Below are positions 13,210 through 26,632 of a DNA stretch of 64,000 nt, one piece after another. The stretch spans positions 376,464,001 through 376,528,000 of the forward strand of contig OZ024741.1 of assembly GCA_964016885.1 (NCBI GenBank), written 5' to 3'. Position numbers and translations under genes: made by a program. The notes beneath the pieces were generated by a model. It saw nothing but the letters and a program-made list of their open reading frames with translations. It was not told where the DNA came from and made no database searches. Origin of the DNA: Eledone cirrhosa (Eukaryota). The number at the start of each line of letters is the position of its first letter. Positions within the stretch are counted from its first letter, which is position 1.

Positions 13210-13779
13210 AAATACAGTGTAAGGAATAATGAATGAAGCTATTGTGGGTTTCATCGCATCACATCCCTGATCGATGGATCGTTCAAATTGAACGCGAACC
13301 ATTTAAATTTCAGGTCCAAAATGGACAAGGCCCAGTGACCATCAAACACTATAAATTGGGTATGGATTGTTTTCTAATTATCCCAAAGATTTCGATATAA
13401 TCAGGTTATAATTGAGGAATTACACATTTTAAATAGTTATTGAATATATGGCGAGATCGAATTTCAAAACTTCACACGAATGAAATATTTATTAGTAGTA
13501 ATAGTGGGATCTATCTAATTATCACTTCCAACTCTACTATACGAAATGTACAGCAATGTTAGAGTGCTTAACATTGGAGGAGGTGTACTTGGTAACAAAC
13601 CTTAATTGATATAGGAAATTATTCATTGTTGTGTATTTCACATCGTAAACAATATCATTGATTACAGAATTTCGTATATCGAATAGTGATTCATTGGAAT
13701 TCTGACGAAGCACATATGGAAGTATCTCGCAGACGGTGTAGAACTATTATTTGAAATGTTTTATCGCCGATGCATATCA

Positions 13780-14490
13780 ATACTCAGGGATGCCGATGTA
13801 ACAGTGATATGTATCACATGAATCAGAGCCATATGAGAAAGTGGTAAGGATTATGGCTTTGTCGACGTTGAGCTTTGTCTCTGTTGGAGGTTGTTATTGC
13901 CCCATACTAGGGCACAGTTGGTTTTTACTAGTCTGTTGTCCAATTCCTTGTCGATTCTAGTTTTGGTGGAAATGAAATTCGTAAGATAGCAGAACTGCGT
14001 TACATCATTCAGCTTTACTGGTTGATGGAAACATTTGGTGGATAGTATACTTGCTGGGGGAGCCTGGTGGAGGACTTCAGTCTTACTCAAGCTTCAGTCT
14101 AAGTCAAATAGATCAGAACCATTTGTAAAGCATGAAGATACCGCAATGGAGAATAATTGACTTCTGGCTTTCAACACAATGGTACACCCAAGAAGCGATA
14201 CACAAACATTCTGAAAAAGACCCTGAAAATTTGAACAAAGTCCACGCAGGTTGCTACCCATAATATATGTCGGTGCCCCTACTGACTGGCTACCAGTGGA
14301 TATGAAACAAACAGTTGTGTCAGCTTGGATGAGGGGAGAGCCCGGTGGCACAAGCACAAGACAGACATTTCTCTGCGGACGCTGTGGGTGGATTTGCCCA
14401 TCTGGGATTTGTCACATCAGTCATCAGCGCAGAGGCCCCACGATGGAGTGGACACGAATTTTAAGTATCATCAAATCGAAATCATCACCA
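13780..14490. mobile_element. RTE-clade LINE remnants in opposite orientations
   Basis: Minus 13851-14090 gives KTEVLHQAPP...FCYL...IDKELDNRLVK (RT C-terminus). Plus ~14330-14490 gives CGRCGWIC.S.I.HISH (C2H2-like end) followed by an ATC-rich tail. Confidence 0.6.
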
Positions 14491-16030
14491 TCATCACTCA
14501 GACATGCAGTCAGAAACACATGTATACGTATACACACAACGATACATACAGACAACACCCAAATACACACACCGGTACACATGCACACGCACATACATAT
14601 ATTTGTATATATTGGTATATTGTATCATGGGGGATATATACGCTTACATTCGGATTATTTTGAAGCTGGGCGTTTTTAATAATGATATACAAAACCATTG
14701 ATAACAAGAAGAAAATTAAGTAATATTTATCCTCACATATATGTCAAAAATACCAAATTCTCAGTGGTATTATATTAAGTTCTGTTTACTGATGTGTAGC
14801 GAATTCAATTTTGATTCAAACTAAGAAAACTTCGGTTATATTATAAAATGATAAATTACCCAACACTTATTTTCTTTATGATAAACCAGAAAAGTTATGC
14901 CTATGAAAAACAAAACAAAATATTATAACACTGTTATATCATTAACACTATATTTTTGAGTAATTATATACTAGAATATTAAAGAATTTTAGATAATTTT
15001 GTCTAGTAATTTTTTTAGATTCTGAAATTCTGTCAACCACTTGAGATATGCATTTACAAATCGTAATTTAAAAGGTATTGATAACAACCGAAAAGAGATG
15101 TTCAAATATTCAACTGAATGGAACGTTTACATGTGAGTGTGCAACAGAACGCTATAATAATTGAAAAAAACAATTAATACATTTGATCAGAGTATAAGAT
15201 TGATTTTCCGAAGAATAATGTGATAGTGACCTCAAATTCTCAGTATTGATGCCGCTTCGGATTGCACTTACGTGGCTTTTTTCGGGTATGTGGGCTTTAT
15301 TGGAAGTATGTACATACGTTTACCTATATTACTGTGTTCTTGTCACCTTCTTAGGTGTGGGGTTAGTTTTATATAACAGTGAACCATTCATATCGAACAC
15401 TTCACTGTCTACCCCTTCCAATTGTACATGACACTGCCACACTCATCAACCAACACTAGAACTAAACATACACAAAACTCTAATGAAAATTGAGGCATCG
15501 ACATAACCAACATCAGAAACTCGAAGTCACTATCACCTTTAGCTTTGTATAAAATATATTATACGCTGTTCATATATGTCATAGCTGGCTAGAAAAATAA
15601 ATATTGTTATATATTTCAACGGGTGTTCTACAGTTTGGACGATTAATATAAATAAATTGGAATTTTGGAGACTGTGTTAGAATACTTCGTAAAAATGTTA
15701 AAACATTCATCTTATGGGAATTCCTGTGCTGTTGCAACCCAACCCGGTTCTTTGTTTTCCTTCTTGGCAACGTCATATTGTTTGGATGATTTAAAACGTA
15801 ACGTAAGAGAGCGTAGGATTATGTGAAAATTTCATAAGGTTTAACGAACACATGATATAATGCAACCAATGTACATCGACCCTGTATCATCCTTAGAAAA
15901 TATACAAACCACGTTTTAGAAAAGCACACAGTCAAACACTCACATACATACACACACACAGGCACACACACAGGCACACACACAGACACACACACGCACA
16001 CACACACACACATATATATATATATAACAA

Positions 16031-16220
16031 AGAAAGTGTGGTAAGGATTCAGGTGGACCACAACGCACCAGTGTACTCACTACTTAGGGTAGTAGAGTGG
16101 GTAATAGGAAAAGAGTCAGGACTCAGACGGCTAAGCTCCGGCCGTTTCAACAGCTAGTTCGTATCTAGCTTCTAGCTGTCGAAACGGCCGGAGCTCAGCC
16201 GTCAGGGCCCTCACTCTTTT

Positions 16221-16225
<5 letters not shown>
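16031..16225 (+). mobile_element. Short TA-flanked element with a palindromic end; family also at 25017-25150 (-), 28878-29070, 34136-34198, 53816-53960 and 54003-54190 (-)
   Basis: The copies share GTGTGGTAAGGA..AGATGGACC...TACTTAGGGTAGTAGAGTGGGTAATAGGAA and the GACGGCTGAGCTCAAGCCGTTTCGACGGCTA hairpin. Confidence 0.8.
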
Positions 16226-16275
<50 letters not shown>

Positions 16276-17064
16276 CAGGTAAGAGGAGGATTAACACGGA
16301 TAAGCGATATAATAGGCTTTTATTCCAAGCATTAACATATATTTCATCTATTAATAAGCAATTAATGCTTGAAACTGTGGCGCTTTAAATAGCATTAACT
16401 AGCCTTACCTCACACACACATAGTCTTCTTATATATATATATATCACTGTTTTCATCAGAACCATAAAGAAACCACTTGTTTGACAACATCAAAGGACGA
16501 ACATATTATGCCAGGACTGGCCGTAATGAACTAGAACACTTGACCAATCAGCTGTAAGTGACACTGACCATTTCTAGCCACACCCATCTAGAACCTGCTA
16601 ATAGCTCAGTATATTTTTATTATTTATTTTTTATATATATTTCTTTAAGCTTCTCTGTCCTTTGTTTTTACCCAAGTATTATTCTAATCTTTTATTATCC
16701 CTATTTCCCTACCCCCTCAAGTATAGAATTTTCTCTCAGTTTATTTTATCTCATTTTATTGTTTATGTTATTTGGTATAAAACCGTTGTGAGGCTATATC
16801 CATGATCAGTATTTTGATAATTCATCTACTGACTGCATTATTTTGTGTATTTAAAATAGAATTTCGTAATAGCAACTAAACTTTTGATGATATCGATGTC
16901 AAGACATAATTAATTGCTTATTAAGAGATGAAACATGTGTTAATGTTTGGTATAAAACCCTATTATATCGCTTATCCGTTTTAATCATCCTTCTAACTGT
17001 TGTTAATACTCCAAGAACTACTAATCACGGAATCTTCAGGAATCTACCCTGCGAAAAACTCTCG

Positions 17065-17144
<80 letters not shown>

Positions 17145-17167
17145 TTCGGTGAAAGCGGAGAGTACGT

Positions 17168-17209
17168 GGCTCTGATGAACGCCAACCAGCGTGAAACAGA
17201 CTGTCAGCT
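17168..17209 (+). ncRNA. Type I minimal hammerhead ribozyme motif
   Basis: GGCT CTGATGA ACGC CAACCA GCGT GAAAC AGACT GTC AGCT: full conserved core and a GUC cleavage triplet. Confidence 0.8.
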
Positions 17210-17356
17210 TCTCTCCCTTTTTTCGCCGAGAAGAAGTAAGTGCCATATTCACTACTTTAAACCTGATAGCGTATGGTATTCTAAATGTTTTAAATTAAAC
17301 ATACGGTATATTGCCAAATATACTATACATACATTTATATATATAACGAAACGAAA

Positions 17357-17405
<49 letters not shown>

Positions 17406-18539
17406 AATAAATAAATATATACATATAACGAGATTTTATGAAAGCAGTTTCTTAAATTTATTACTTAGCGTATTATAATAATCTGTCCGGTCTACCTATT
17501 TTTAATATAAATATTTAGTTAATATGTTACCTGGGCTCATTAAGGAACTAGGTACTGTTTACTGTGAATTTCAATTTCTCGGAAACGTTTAAACTACACA
17601 GATTATGAGTAGTAATTTAAAAGGAACTAAACTGTATTAACGTAAGTTTAAATAAAATACATTAAATATATATACTATCAGCAATCTGTGGAGTGAATAT
17701 TCTTTTAAAACTGAATAATTATTACGATTCTTCATTTAATTTTCCACTATGTTTTGCAATACTTCTGCTACAAGCAAGGAAACAAATACTCTCTCTCACA
17801 CACACACACACACGCGCGCGCGCGCACACACCTATACGCAGATATGCAAATGCATTCACAGACAAACAGAAACGCACACACATGTGCGTACAGACAATCA
17901 TAAAGGCACACACTCTTACACGCATGCATGGTGCACACACGCACATGCACAGGGCACACACACACGCATATACAGTTGTGTGCGTGGGTGTGTGTGTATT
18001 CTAGTTTCATTATTCTATAATTGTTTACCAATAGAGGCTCGGTTTCTAACATAGAAACAAGACTCTTTTATTGGAATTTAGACAATATCAACTAGGCAAA
18101 TATGTATGCATGTCCGCACGTGTGTTTGTGTGGTGTGGCGTCGTGTGTGTGTGTATGTGTGTGTGTGCGTGTGTATGTGTGTGTGTGTGTCTGTGTGTGT
18201 GCGTGTGTGTGTGTGTGTTTGTGTGTATGTGTTTGTGTGTGTGTGCATGTGTGTGTATGTAGATATAGATGTTATTGTATGTGTGGATTTGTATGCTTTG
18301 TGTTATATATGTGCACGTGCATGTTTTGTATCCATCTATGTAGTTATTACATGTAGAATGTCTGTAATGTTTTACTTATTTTTACAGTTCCATTAATGGA
18401 TTGTACTTGTAACTTTCTAACTAGTCGTGTTCTTTGTGGATCTGTGAAGCCCAGCTTCTCAAGATTTGTACTGAAGCAGTCAGTAACATACGCCAGATCC
18501 CAAACAATCACAAGTGTGAATCTGAAGATATAGTCAGAG

Positions 18540-20600
18540 TGAAGTGTCTACACATTCCCCATTGATTCTGCATAGATGTGCTGCTTTTCGCTAATCCTTA
18601 ATAATATATTGGCATCTGCTGTGCCGCTAACTCCCACTACTGAGCATACCTTCTTTACCCTGTCCTATATCTTTAAAAAATGTTGGTCTGTTATGATTGC
18701 ATTTTATTGGGGTTTTTACTGGAATATCCCACCAGTACTCTTTCATATTTTGTATATATATGCCTTCCATATTGCTGTAACATTTAATGTGTATATTGTC
18801 TGAACCTTTTTCTTTAGAGAGATACATTCTATAATGCCTTTGTCACTACATCATTCCTCATAAGTAGATTACCTCGATGCCATCTTTGAACAGCTGCCTA
18901 TTAAATAGGTGATAATAAAGTGGTTGCTGGTCCAAGATAGATTACTTTGCTTATCTATATTACTCTGACTTTGGAATCCCCTGGCAACATATCCATGTAT
19001 GATTTATTGCTGATACGCATGCAGATTTTCATACATCGATCCACTGCGGTATTGCTGTTCACTAAATGGGGTCCTTGAGCTTGGTGGCTCGTAGATTTGT
19101 CGGAGGATATCCCTAGGTATCTGTAGCACACCTCTTCAGATATCGGTGAAACAGTTAAGCCATTGATAAAAACGTTGTTAGGTTAACTTTTAGTTTTTCT
19201 TCGTTTTACAATCATATATGATCATTTATCCTGGACATTCCTATATATTTCTAGACGTAGGAACCAGGCCAAGGTTTTTCTTCACCATATTTATGTTCTT
19301 GCCATAGAGTTTCAGTTCATCCACAAAGAAGTTAAGGATTAGGTTTGTATTCCTGTCCTTATGTGAGCCAATTATGTATTTTTCACATTACCTGAGCAAA
19401 ATAGACGGGGTTTAATGAGAGAATAAATAGTAGCACAGAGAGCCCGTCTACTTGAAATATAACTCTATGATATCCAATTTTATCAGTGTAAATAGAGTCC
19501 TCCTTTTATGTTTCTAACGTTAGGATAGTAGCCCAAGAAGAAGATAGCATTGCTATGGCTCCGATAATAGTGTCTGTGAATTTAGCACGTCGAAGAACCT
19601 CTATCATCCTAGAGTGGGAAAGATAATCGAATGCTTTTCTATAGCCCAGCCAGACTGTAACCATATCCCTCTTATGTTGTCGCACCTCTGGCATCGCCGT
19701 TTTGTTAAGGAATTATTCAGCACATGCTTAAGCATCTTTCTTCCCAGCTGCTTGTTCATCTGTGATGATGTTATTGTCAAAGTGGTCTTAGATAAATAGG
19801 TTCATACATTTTATACATTAGGTTCTTCCATGCAATGGGTCGATAGTGTTTTGCCAAGTGGGTACTTGTTAATGTCAACCACCTCATTGATAGCTTGCTG
19901 TTAGAGATTGATATGTTAACTCAACAGAATGTCAGGTTTTTGTACCAGTAGCCGACAATGATGTTTCTTGGTGTTTCTTATCTTGTAGTTTTCCTATTAC
20001 AATCTCAAGGTAATCATTATTTATGCTGCATGCTTTTGTTATAGTGTAGTGTTAATATTCCCTTTGGACGTCTTTTAGCAACATTGCCTCTTGGTTGAAT
20101 TTCTTCTTTCACTCAATTTTTTTCTCCAGAATGAATCTATGTCTTTCTGGAATCAGGTGTCAGTGATATTTATTACTTAGCCCTTTATATCTCTATATAC
20201 TGATGCTTGGTTTCGGCTGAATCTTTTATTAATTATTTTTCTTACAACCACCATCTTCCCCTATCGACGTTTCTCATTGACAGCTCTTAATTCTTGTTGA
20301 GGCTCATCAGATTATATTGAAGAGGTCTGGTTGTACTGTCTCCAAATATAGTTTCGATTTCATTGTTCACTCTTTGTTGGTGAAAACTAGTTTTTTAGGT
20401 TTTGTTTACATGAAGGAAGCATTGTCACATAACCTGTAGTTTTACGTTGGTCAGCAATCTTTTTGTCTATGTTTGTAGTATATGATGCTATTTTTGGTGT
20501 TTTTTTGTTTCGTTACCATCTCTGTTATCACCAAGATAATGTTTCTCTGTCGCTGTCAGGGCATATAAACAGACGTTAATTTGCCAAAATGTAGAGGCTT
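18540..20600 (-). mobile_element. Heavily decayed R4/Dong-like non-LTR retrotransposon RT region
   Basis: Minus-strand motifs VWLGYRKAFDYLSHS, RVIFQVDGLSVLLF, FFVDELKLYGK and YRYLGI are degenerate versions of WIDYKKAFDSVPH, RGIFQGDSLSPLLF, YMDDLKLY and YKYLG. Boundaries are approximate. Confidence 0.7.
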
Positions 20601-21099
20601 CAATTCGTCGTCAATATTCACCTCAATTTCATGAATAACATATATAATTTCATTATTTGGTTACTTTCTGTTTAGTGTTGTGTTTTACATAGTTCGCGAG
20701 AGACATATTTATTCATGAAATAATTTCTGTCTGGAAAGTTTCGCTGAGGGTATATTTCAATTGATTATACTCTTAATATCCCAAGCCAATGACAGACGCA
20801 TTATAATTGACAGTGTTTCCCATCACAGTCGAGATGAAATCAGTTGATACATGTGATGTCAACATTTTTCAAGGGACTGTTTGTGTATTGCTGATGTCTA
20901 GTAACATAGCGACGTGAAGCACGTGTAGTTGACTGTATGTTCGATCTGGGTGACGTACAATGAATAATGTTCATATTCTTTTACATTCAACAAACGTTGC
21001 TTGTTGGTGTAATTGTTGAGCTGTGACGTAATTTAGTTCTGAATGTATTTCGTTTCCACATAGCTTCTTTATTTTCATTTTGAAGCATGTCCATTTATG

Positions 21100-21220
21100 A
21101 TCTGAGTTCAAATCCCGCCGAGGTTAACTTTGCCTTTCATCCTTACGAGGTCGATAAAATAAAGTACCAGTAATGTACTGGGTAATTTGCTGGCCTTGTG
21201 CCAAAAAATAGAAACAATTA
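21100..21220 (+). mobile_element. SINE copy (from the B box onward)
   Basis: GAGTTCAAATCCCGCCGAGGTTAACTTTGCC...AGAAACAATTA. Confidence 0.85.
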
Positions 21221-22517
21221 TTTTCATATAGCCGACGGAGGGATCATTGCTGTCATTTTGTAACTATTAAATAAATTGTTTTTAAGTGCGTATCTCCGAG
21301 AAAAATGCGATTTATAATTTTGGTACCCACTGTAGTTAAAACTAAATAAAATTTGTTTATCTTTCTCCGTGATGTTTCTCTTCAGTACTCCTCTAATGAT
21401 GCTGAGGTTGATGTTGCGTTCATCCACGCTGGTTGTAGCAATTCCTTGCATGATGAATTTGGTATTTAGTCGGATATATCTACGAATTCGAATAAAAGGT
21501 GTCTTCAGTGAGTATAATTAGCAGAATATCCAGGTATTCAACACGGGTCGTATTTGTTGCATTACTGTCGGAGATAGTATTCATCGTAAATTCAATGAAT
21601 AATCACCCACGCCCATATGTGTAACTGGCGACGTTGATGTATGTATGTATGTTTGTATATATGTATGTAAGCATATATGTATGTACGTGTATATGTATGT
21701 ATGTACGTATGAATGTATATATGTATATATGTATGTACGTACGTATGAATGTATATATGTATATATGTATGTATTTATGTATATGTGTAAGTAAATATAA
21801 AATATTCATTAGCTCTCAAAAGAACGTGAAGAAAATTTCATAATATATCACTTATTCTCTTCACTTAAACATACAATATCAAATACTCTCCTGTTTAGAA
21901 AATATTATAATGATATTTAGTTCGGAAATGTATACAATCTAGGGGAGTAATATATCAAAATACCCAGATAGTCGCCAATGTAAACAGAAATGGTATAAAT
22001 ATGACCATTAATAACTGTAATAATATCTATACATTTTGAGTTAAGTAGATGTACACATATATCACATAAGCTATCACACATATATCACATAAGCACAGGA
22101 AATCTCAGGATCTACAATCATACCCCATCACCGGAATAAATTGGCATACTATTAAACTAGAGAAGGTGCTGTGTTTCGGACAATGCGTTGCATACAAAAC
22201 ATTTAAAGATCATAAAAATCAAAAATCCATGCCAATAATTCCTGTTTTGAGTGAGCATGTGAATATCACTACCTAAGTTACATGAACAATAACATTGGAT
22301 TGAGATGATAGAAAAAACTCATGTGGTTTGATTTAACGCATTGCTATATTGATTCCATAAATTCCAATATGATTATGTGTGACAGAAATTCACTACCATT
22401 CGTCAGATTCGCTATATATGTGAAAGACAATAATGTTGTATTTATTGTCACGACCAACAGGGGGCGTAGTCGCTGCAGATCATAATAGATATTTGTCTTT
22501 ATTATATAGAAACTACA

Positions 22518-22700
22518 AGGGCGGTGAAATGGCAGTATCGGTAGAGGGTCGGACATGCTTTCCAGCATAGTTACGTCACTTTGGGATCTGAGTTCAAATC
22601 CCGCCGAGGTTAACTTTGCCTTTCTTCCACGCGGGGTCGATAAAATAAAGTACCAGTAATGTACTGGTGAATTGCTGGCCTTGTACCAAAAGTAGAAACA
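22518..22700 (+). mobile_element. Full-length tRNA-derived SINE with a 17-bp TSD
   Basis: A box TGGCAGTATCGG (22530) and B box GAGTTCAAATCC (22590). The TSD ATTATATAGAAACTACA is at 22501-22517 and 22701-22717. Confidence 0.92.
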
Positions 22701-23226
22701 ATTATATAGAAACTACATAGTATGACAGTTGCAGCATGATAACGTCTGTCTTCCCCATTAGGTGGTTATTGCGGTGTGGTTGCGTAGACCGAATGTGGGG
22801 ATTGGTTAGTCCGGGTTATTTAACGGAGTGAGAGAATGGTTTGTTTGGCAGGAGTCATGTGTACAATTAATAAAAACATTTGAAATTAATGAATATATGT
22901 TTTAAATACTTTAGCATCTCACCTTCATTGGCAGTCTATATATCCTTTCAGCTCATTCTCGTATATATATATATATATATATATATATGTCTGATGGTAG
23001 ATAAGATGCTTCCATAGGCGGTATGCGCGTTGAGCACTCTATGCTCTTACAGAGCAGAGTATGATATAATATAAAACGTGTCCGTCGAACCTGCAGGTCC
23101 AGAATCAAACAGATCCACACAATCATCGTGTCTCGAGCTGTCTGCCGGCGAAACAATTCTAACACACAATAAATTGAGTTCAGATGCATCACTGATTTTT
23201 CGTTTTATATTATATTACATTATATA

Positions 23227-23271
<45 letters not shown>

Positions 23272-24046
23272 GCATCTTGATGATTTCTCCCGAATGAAAC
23301 TATTCTAGTCCTGTAGAACCCATTTCTATATTAAATATTTATACTCAGCAATGTCTTGGTACGAGTGATGAACAACGTGTCCTCCATGTGCGATCCAACA
23401 GAAATGGAAAGACACATCCAACACTTCATCAACCGCATGCAGTTCTCTGGCTACAACCAAAGAGACAGAATCAGAGTATACGAAGGAACCACGGAGAAGT
23501 ATAAGACCCTCATAGAACTGGACATGAAATGAATTTGCCCATTATACAGGAGCAAATCATGGAATAGCTCAGATAGGACTAAACATAAGATAGGGAAAGC
23601 CACCTCATGGTACGACAACCAGAGATACCAAAGTGTCATGTTTGTGGACGCTATCCCTGGAGGGAAATTAGCTAACCAGTGTAGAAAGGCCCTGAGAAAG
23701 ACCCACTTAAAGATTAAAGTGTTAGAAAAGGCAGGAACTACCATAAAATCCCTGATCAGCAAACCTTACCCTTTTAAGAAAACCCACTGTACTAATAGGA
23801 AATGTATCATATGTAAGGTAAACCCCCGGATAAACTGTAAAACTAGAAACGTAGTCTATAGCATAAGATGTACAGAGGGTACTTGCAGACACATGACAAC
23901 AACATACATAGGCGAGACAGCTCGTAGCATAGGTGAAAGTATAGACCAACACTGGCGGGAACTAAAAGGACGAAAAAACGGTTCAGTACTATACGAACAG
24001 CGTCAGACAACAACATAACGGTAACATAGACAACATAGAAATTAAA

Positions 24047-24181
24047 ATAATTGTTTCTACTTTTGGCACAAGGCCAGAAATTACCCAGTACATTACTGGT
24101 ACTTTACTTTATCGACCCCGTAAAGATGAAAGGCAAAGTTAACCTCGGCGGGATTTGAGCTCCGATCATAAAGGGACGTAA
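24047..24181 (-). mobile_element. SINE inserted in the Penelope endonuclease region
   Basis: Reverse-complement SINE flanked by AAATTAAAATAAT and AAATTCAAATAAT. It is absent at the equivalent site (~49415) of the paralogous element. Confidence 0.88.
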
Positions 24182-24334
24182 AAATTCAAATAATATCTAA
24201 ACATAGAAACGACCCACCAGATAGGCAAATCGGAGAGGCAAGTGAAATAGAACTTAGAAGGCCAAAGCTAAACAGAAAAAAATGAATGGAATAACAATAA
24301 CACCCAAACAAACAATACTGAATTAAGACCAATA

Positions 24335-24369
<35 letters not shown>

Positions 24370-24593
24370 ATATATACACAAGCACAATAACAACAAACAC
24401 ATATAATTACACACTAGTAAACTAAGATAGAATACAATAACCAAAACACAGTCACCCAGACGCGAACACTCACCAAACACTATACACACACGCAAAAGCA
24501 TGCGCAGAGAAGAAGACAAAAATAAATAAATAAATAAACAGATAAAATAAAGATGGCGTAGATATACAATACAACAGGAGGAACATAATAGCA

Positions 24594-24633
24594 CCACTGA
24601 CGGTGTTGCAGATGTGCAACGAAAGAACTTTGT
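24594..24633 (+). ncRNA. Degenerate hammerhead-like motif in a Penelope 3' UTR
   Basis: CA CTGACGG T GTTGCA GATG TGCAAC GAAA G AA C TT TG. The paralog at 48977-49016 (-) retains CTGACGA. Confidence 0.45.
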
Positions 24634-24823
24634 TAGACTATATATATGTGTTTATATCTATATTATATCTCTATATTGACCGTTGGTCAGTAAATGGTAA
24701 ACAATGAGGACCGAATGAATTAACTGATATAAAAGATACAGAAGCGAAAACCAACCAAACAGTTAGTGTGTTCTGTTATTACTTCTGGCAATATTATTAC
24801 AACAATATGACCCTCCCCAAGTA

Positions 24824-24903
<80 letters not shown>

Positions 24904-24907
24904 CATG

Positions 24908-25020
<113 letters not shown>

Positions 25021-25172
25021 ATTAGCCGTCGAAACGGCTTGAGCTCAGCCGTCGGGTTCCAACTCGTTCCTATTACCCACTCTACTACCCTAAGTATTGA
25101 GTACTTTGGTGCGTTATTGTCCACCTGGTTCCTTACCACATTCCCTTCGTTATATATATATATATATGTGTG

Positions 25173-25229
25173 TGTTCCGAAGAGATTATTTTGCTAAACA
25201 CAGTAGCAAGCAGGCGAAAGCTCTCAACA
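25173..25229 (+). ncRNA. Type I hammerhead-like motif (U4C variant)
   Basis: TGTT CCGAAGA G...TTGCTA AACACAG TAGCAA...C GAAA G CT C TC AACA. Confidence 0.6.
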
Positions 25230-25714
25230 ATCGCAGTTTTTAGTTACGATGAAGATTTTTTTATAAAAATAACAAAATAAGATGCTGAGATTACATACAT
25301 CGTTTAATCATCAAAATTATTTCCACGGTTCTCCATGCAATCGAGATGTCCTTCATGCATTTGTTGTTGTTATAAGAACGGTATCCTCAGATGTAAATTA
25401 ATTTATTCATATGCCGCCGGCAGTAAAATACACGTCTTTTTGCCCGTTTGCCCAGCAGAAATATGAGTCCTGAAAGGGTCTCCAAGCCGTCGCGTCTGCT
25501 GGAGTAAAGGGCTATCAACGTGCCAAGGGGTGAAAGCAGGATTCACGCTCCTCCACGGAGTTGAGGTCGTAAATCAGCAGAGAGGTAACCTCTCAAGTAG
25601 GCTGATCTGTATCAAGCGAAAAACAGTGTGTAGCCAGAGCCCAGTAGATAGTGAAAGTAATAAATGGAGCTCTGAGGGAGGGTGAGGTATATATTTTTTT
25701 GACAGCCACATTAA

Positions 25715-26250
25715 GACAACAGCTACAACAACAACAACAGCAGTAACGACAACAACAACAGCAACGACAGCAACAGCAAAACACCGACCAGACATCGCCC
25801 ACACTGGCCGTAGCAGTCGTAGTGATAGCATTACCCGCTGACAAAAACAACGATAGAAACAGCTAGAGTAAATAGCTACAACAACAACAGCAACAACAGC
25901 AGTAACCCACAGACCAATGTCGTGTACATTGGCGGTAGCAGTCGTAGTGACGGTACCACCCCGCCGACAACAACAACGATAACAACATCTAGAGCAATAA
26001 AAGGAACCCTGAGGTAGGTTGATGCACTGATTGGATGGCATCTTTCACCATGACCATAGCAACAGCAATAATAGTAACGGCAAACACATTATAAACACCG
26101 CCCATCACCCAGCCCAGTCGTCGTAGTAGTGGTGGTATCATTGATATTAGTATCCAGTCATTGGCAGCGAGTACCCATTACCCGAGAGCCAACACCAACA
26201 ACAATAACAACACCAGCGAAGGATCCACCACGTCGACGGCGGCAACAAAA
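25715..26250 (+). repeat. Degenerate CAA/CAG-rich minisatellite (~120-bp units)
   Basis: ACAACAACAGCA...GTAGCAGTCGTAGTGA...ACCCGC blocks recur. Confidence 0.6.
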
Positions 26251-26632
26251 ATGTTTCGCTTCTATTCTAAGGCACAAGTCAAGTAACAATTACAATGGCC
26301 TCAATACTATCAAACGGGATGCTAGCCTTCGCAAGTGATATGTCGGAAGCGAAAATAGGGACATAAAATATATAGATATCAATTCGTGCAGTCAATACAG
26401 TCCTCTCTTCCACCCTAAGGCACTAGGCTAGTAATAATTACTGTGCAAAAAATAACTAACCCCAACAGCAGTCAGTTGTAACTACAATGGCATTAATACT
26501 ATCAAAAGGGCTGCTAGACTATAGAAGTGAGCTGCGAGAAGCGAAAGTAGGGAAAGAAAAACATACAGATATAAATTCATGTACACATATAGAGAACATA
26601 AGAATAAACGTGAACAATATACATAGGAGAAT

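Larger units (their letters stand above)
23320..24815 (+). mobile_element. 5'-truncated Penelope-like element interrupted by a SINE
   Basis: ORF 23638-24018 gives CTNRKCIIC...NVVYSIRC...YIGETAR (GIY-YIG). It is colinear with the minus-strand copy at 48785-50560. Confidence 0.9.

Noticed and set aside
16880-16950. Hammerhead-like TTGATGA...GAAACATGTGTT, and similar motifs at 23275-23312 and 35126-35175
   Set aside because: Core positions or stem I are too degenerate to call as features, although they may be decayed copies.
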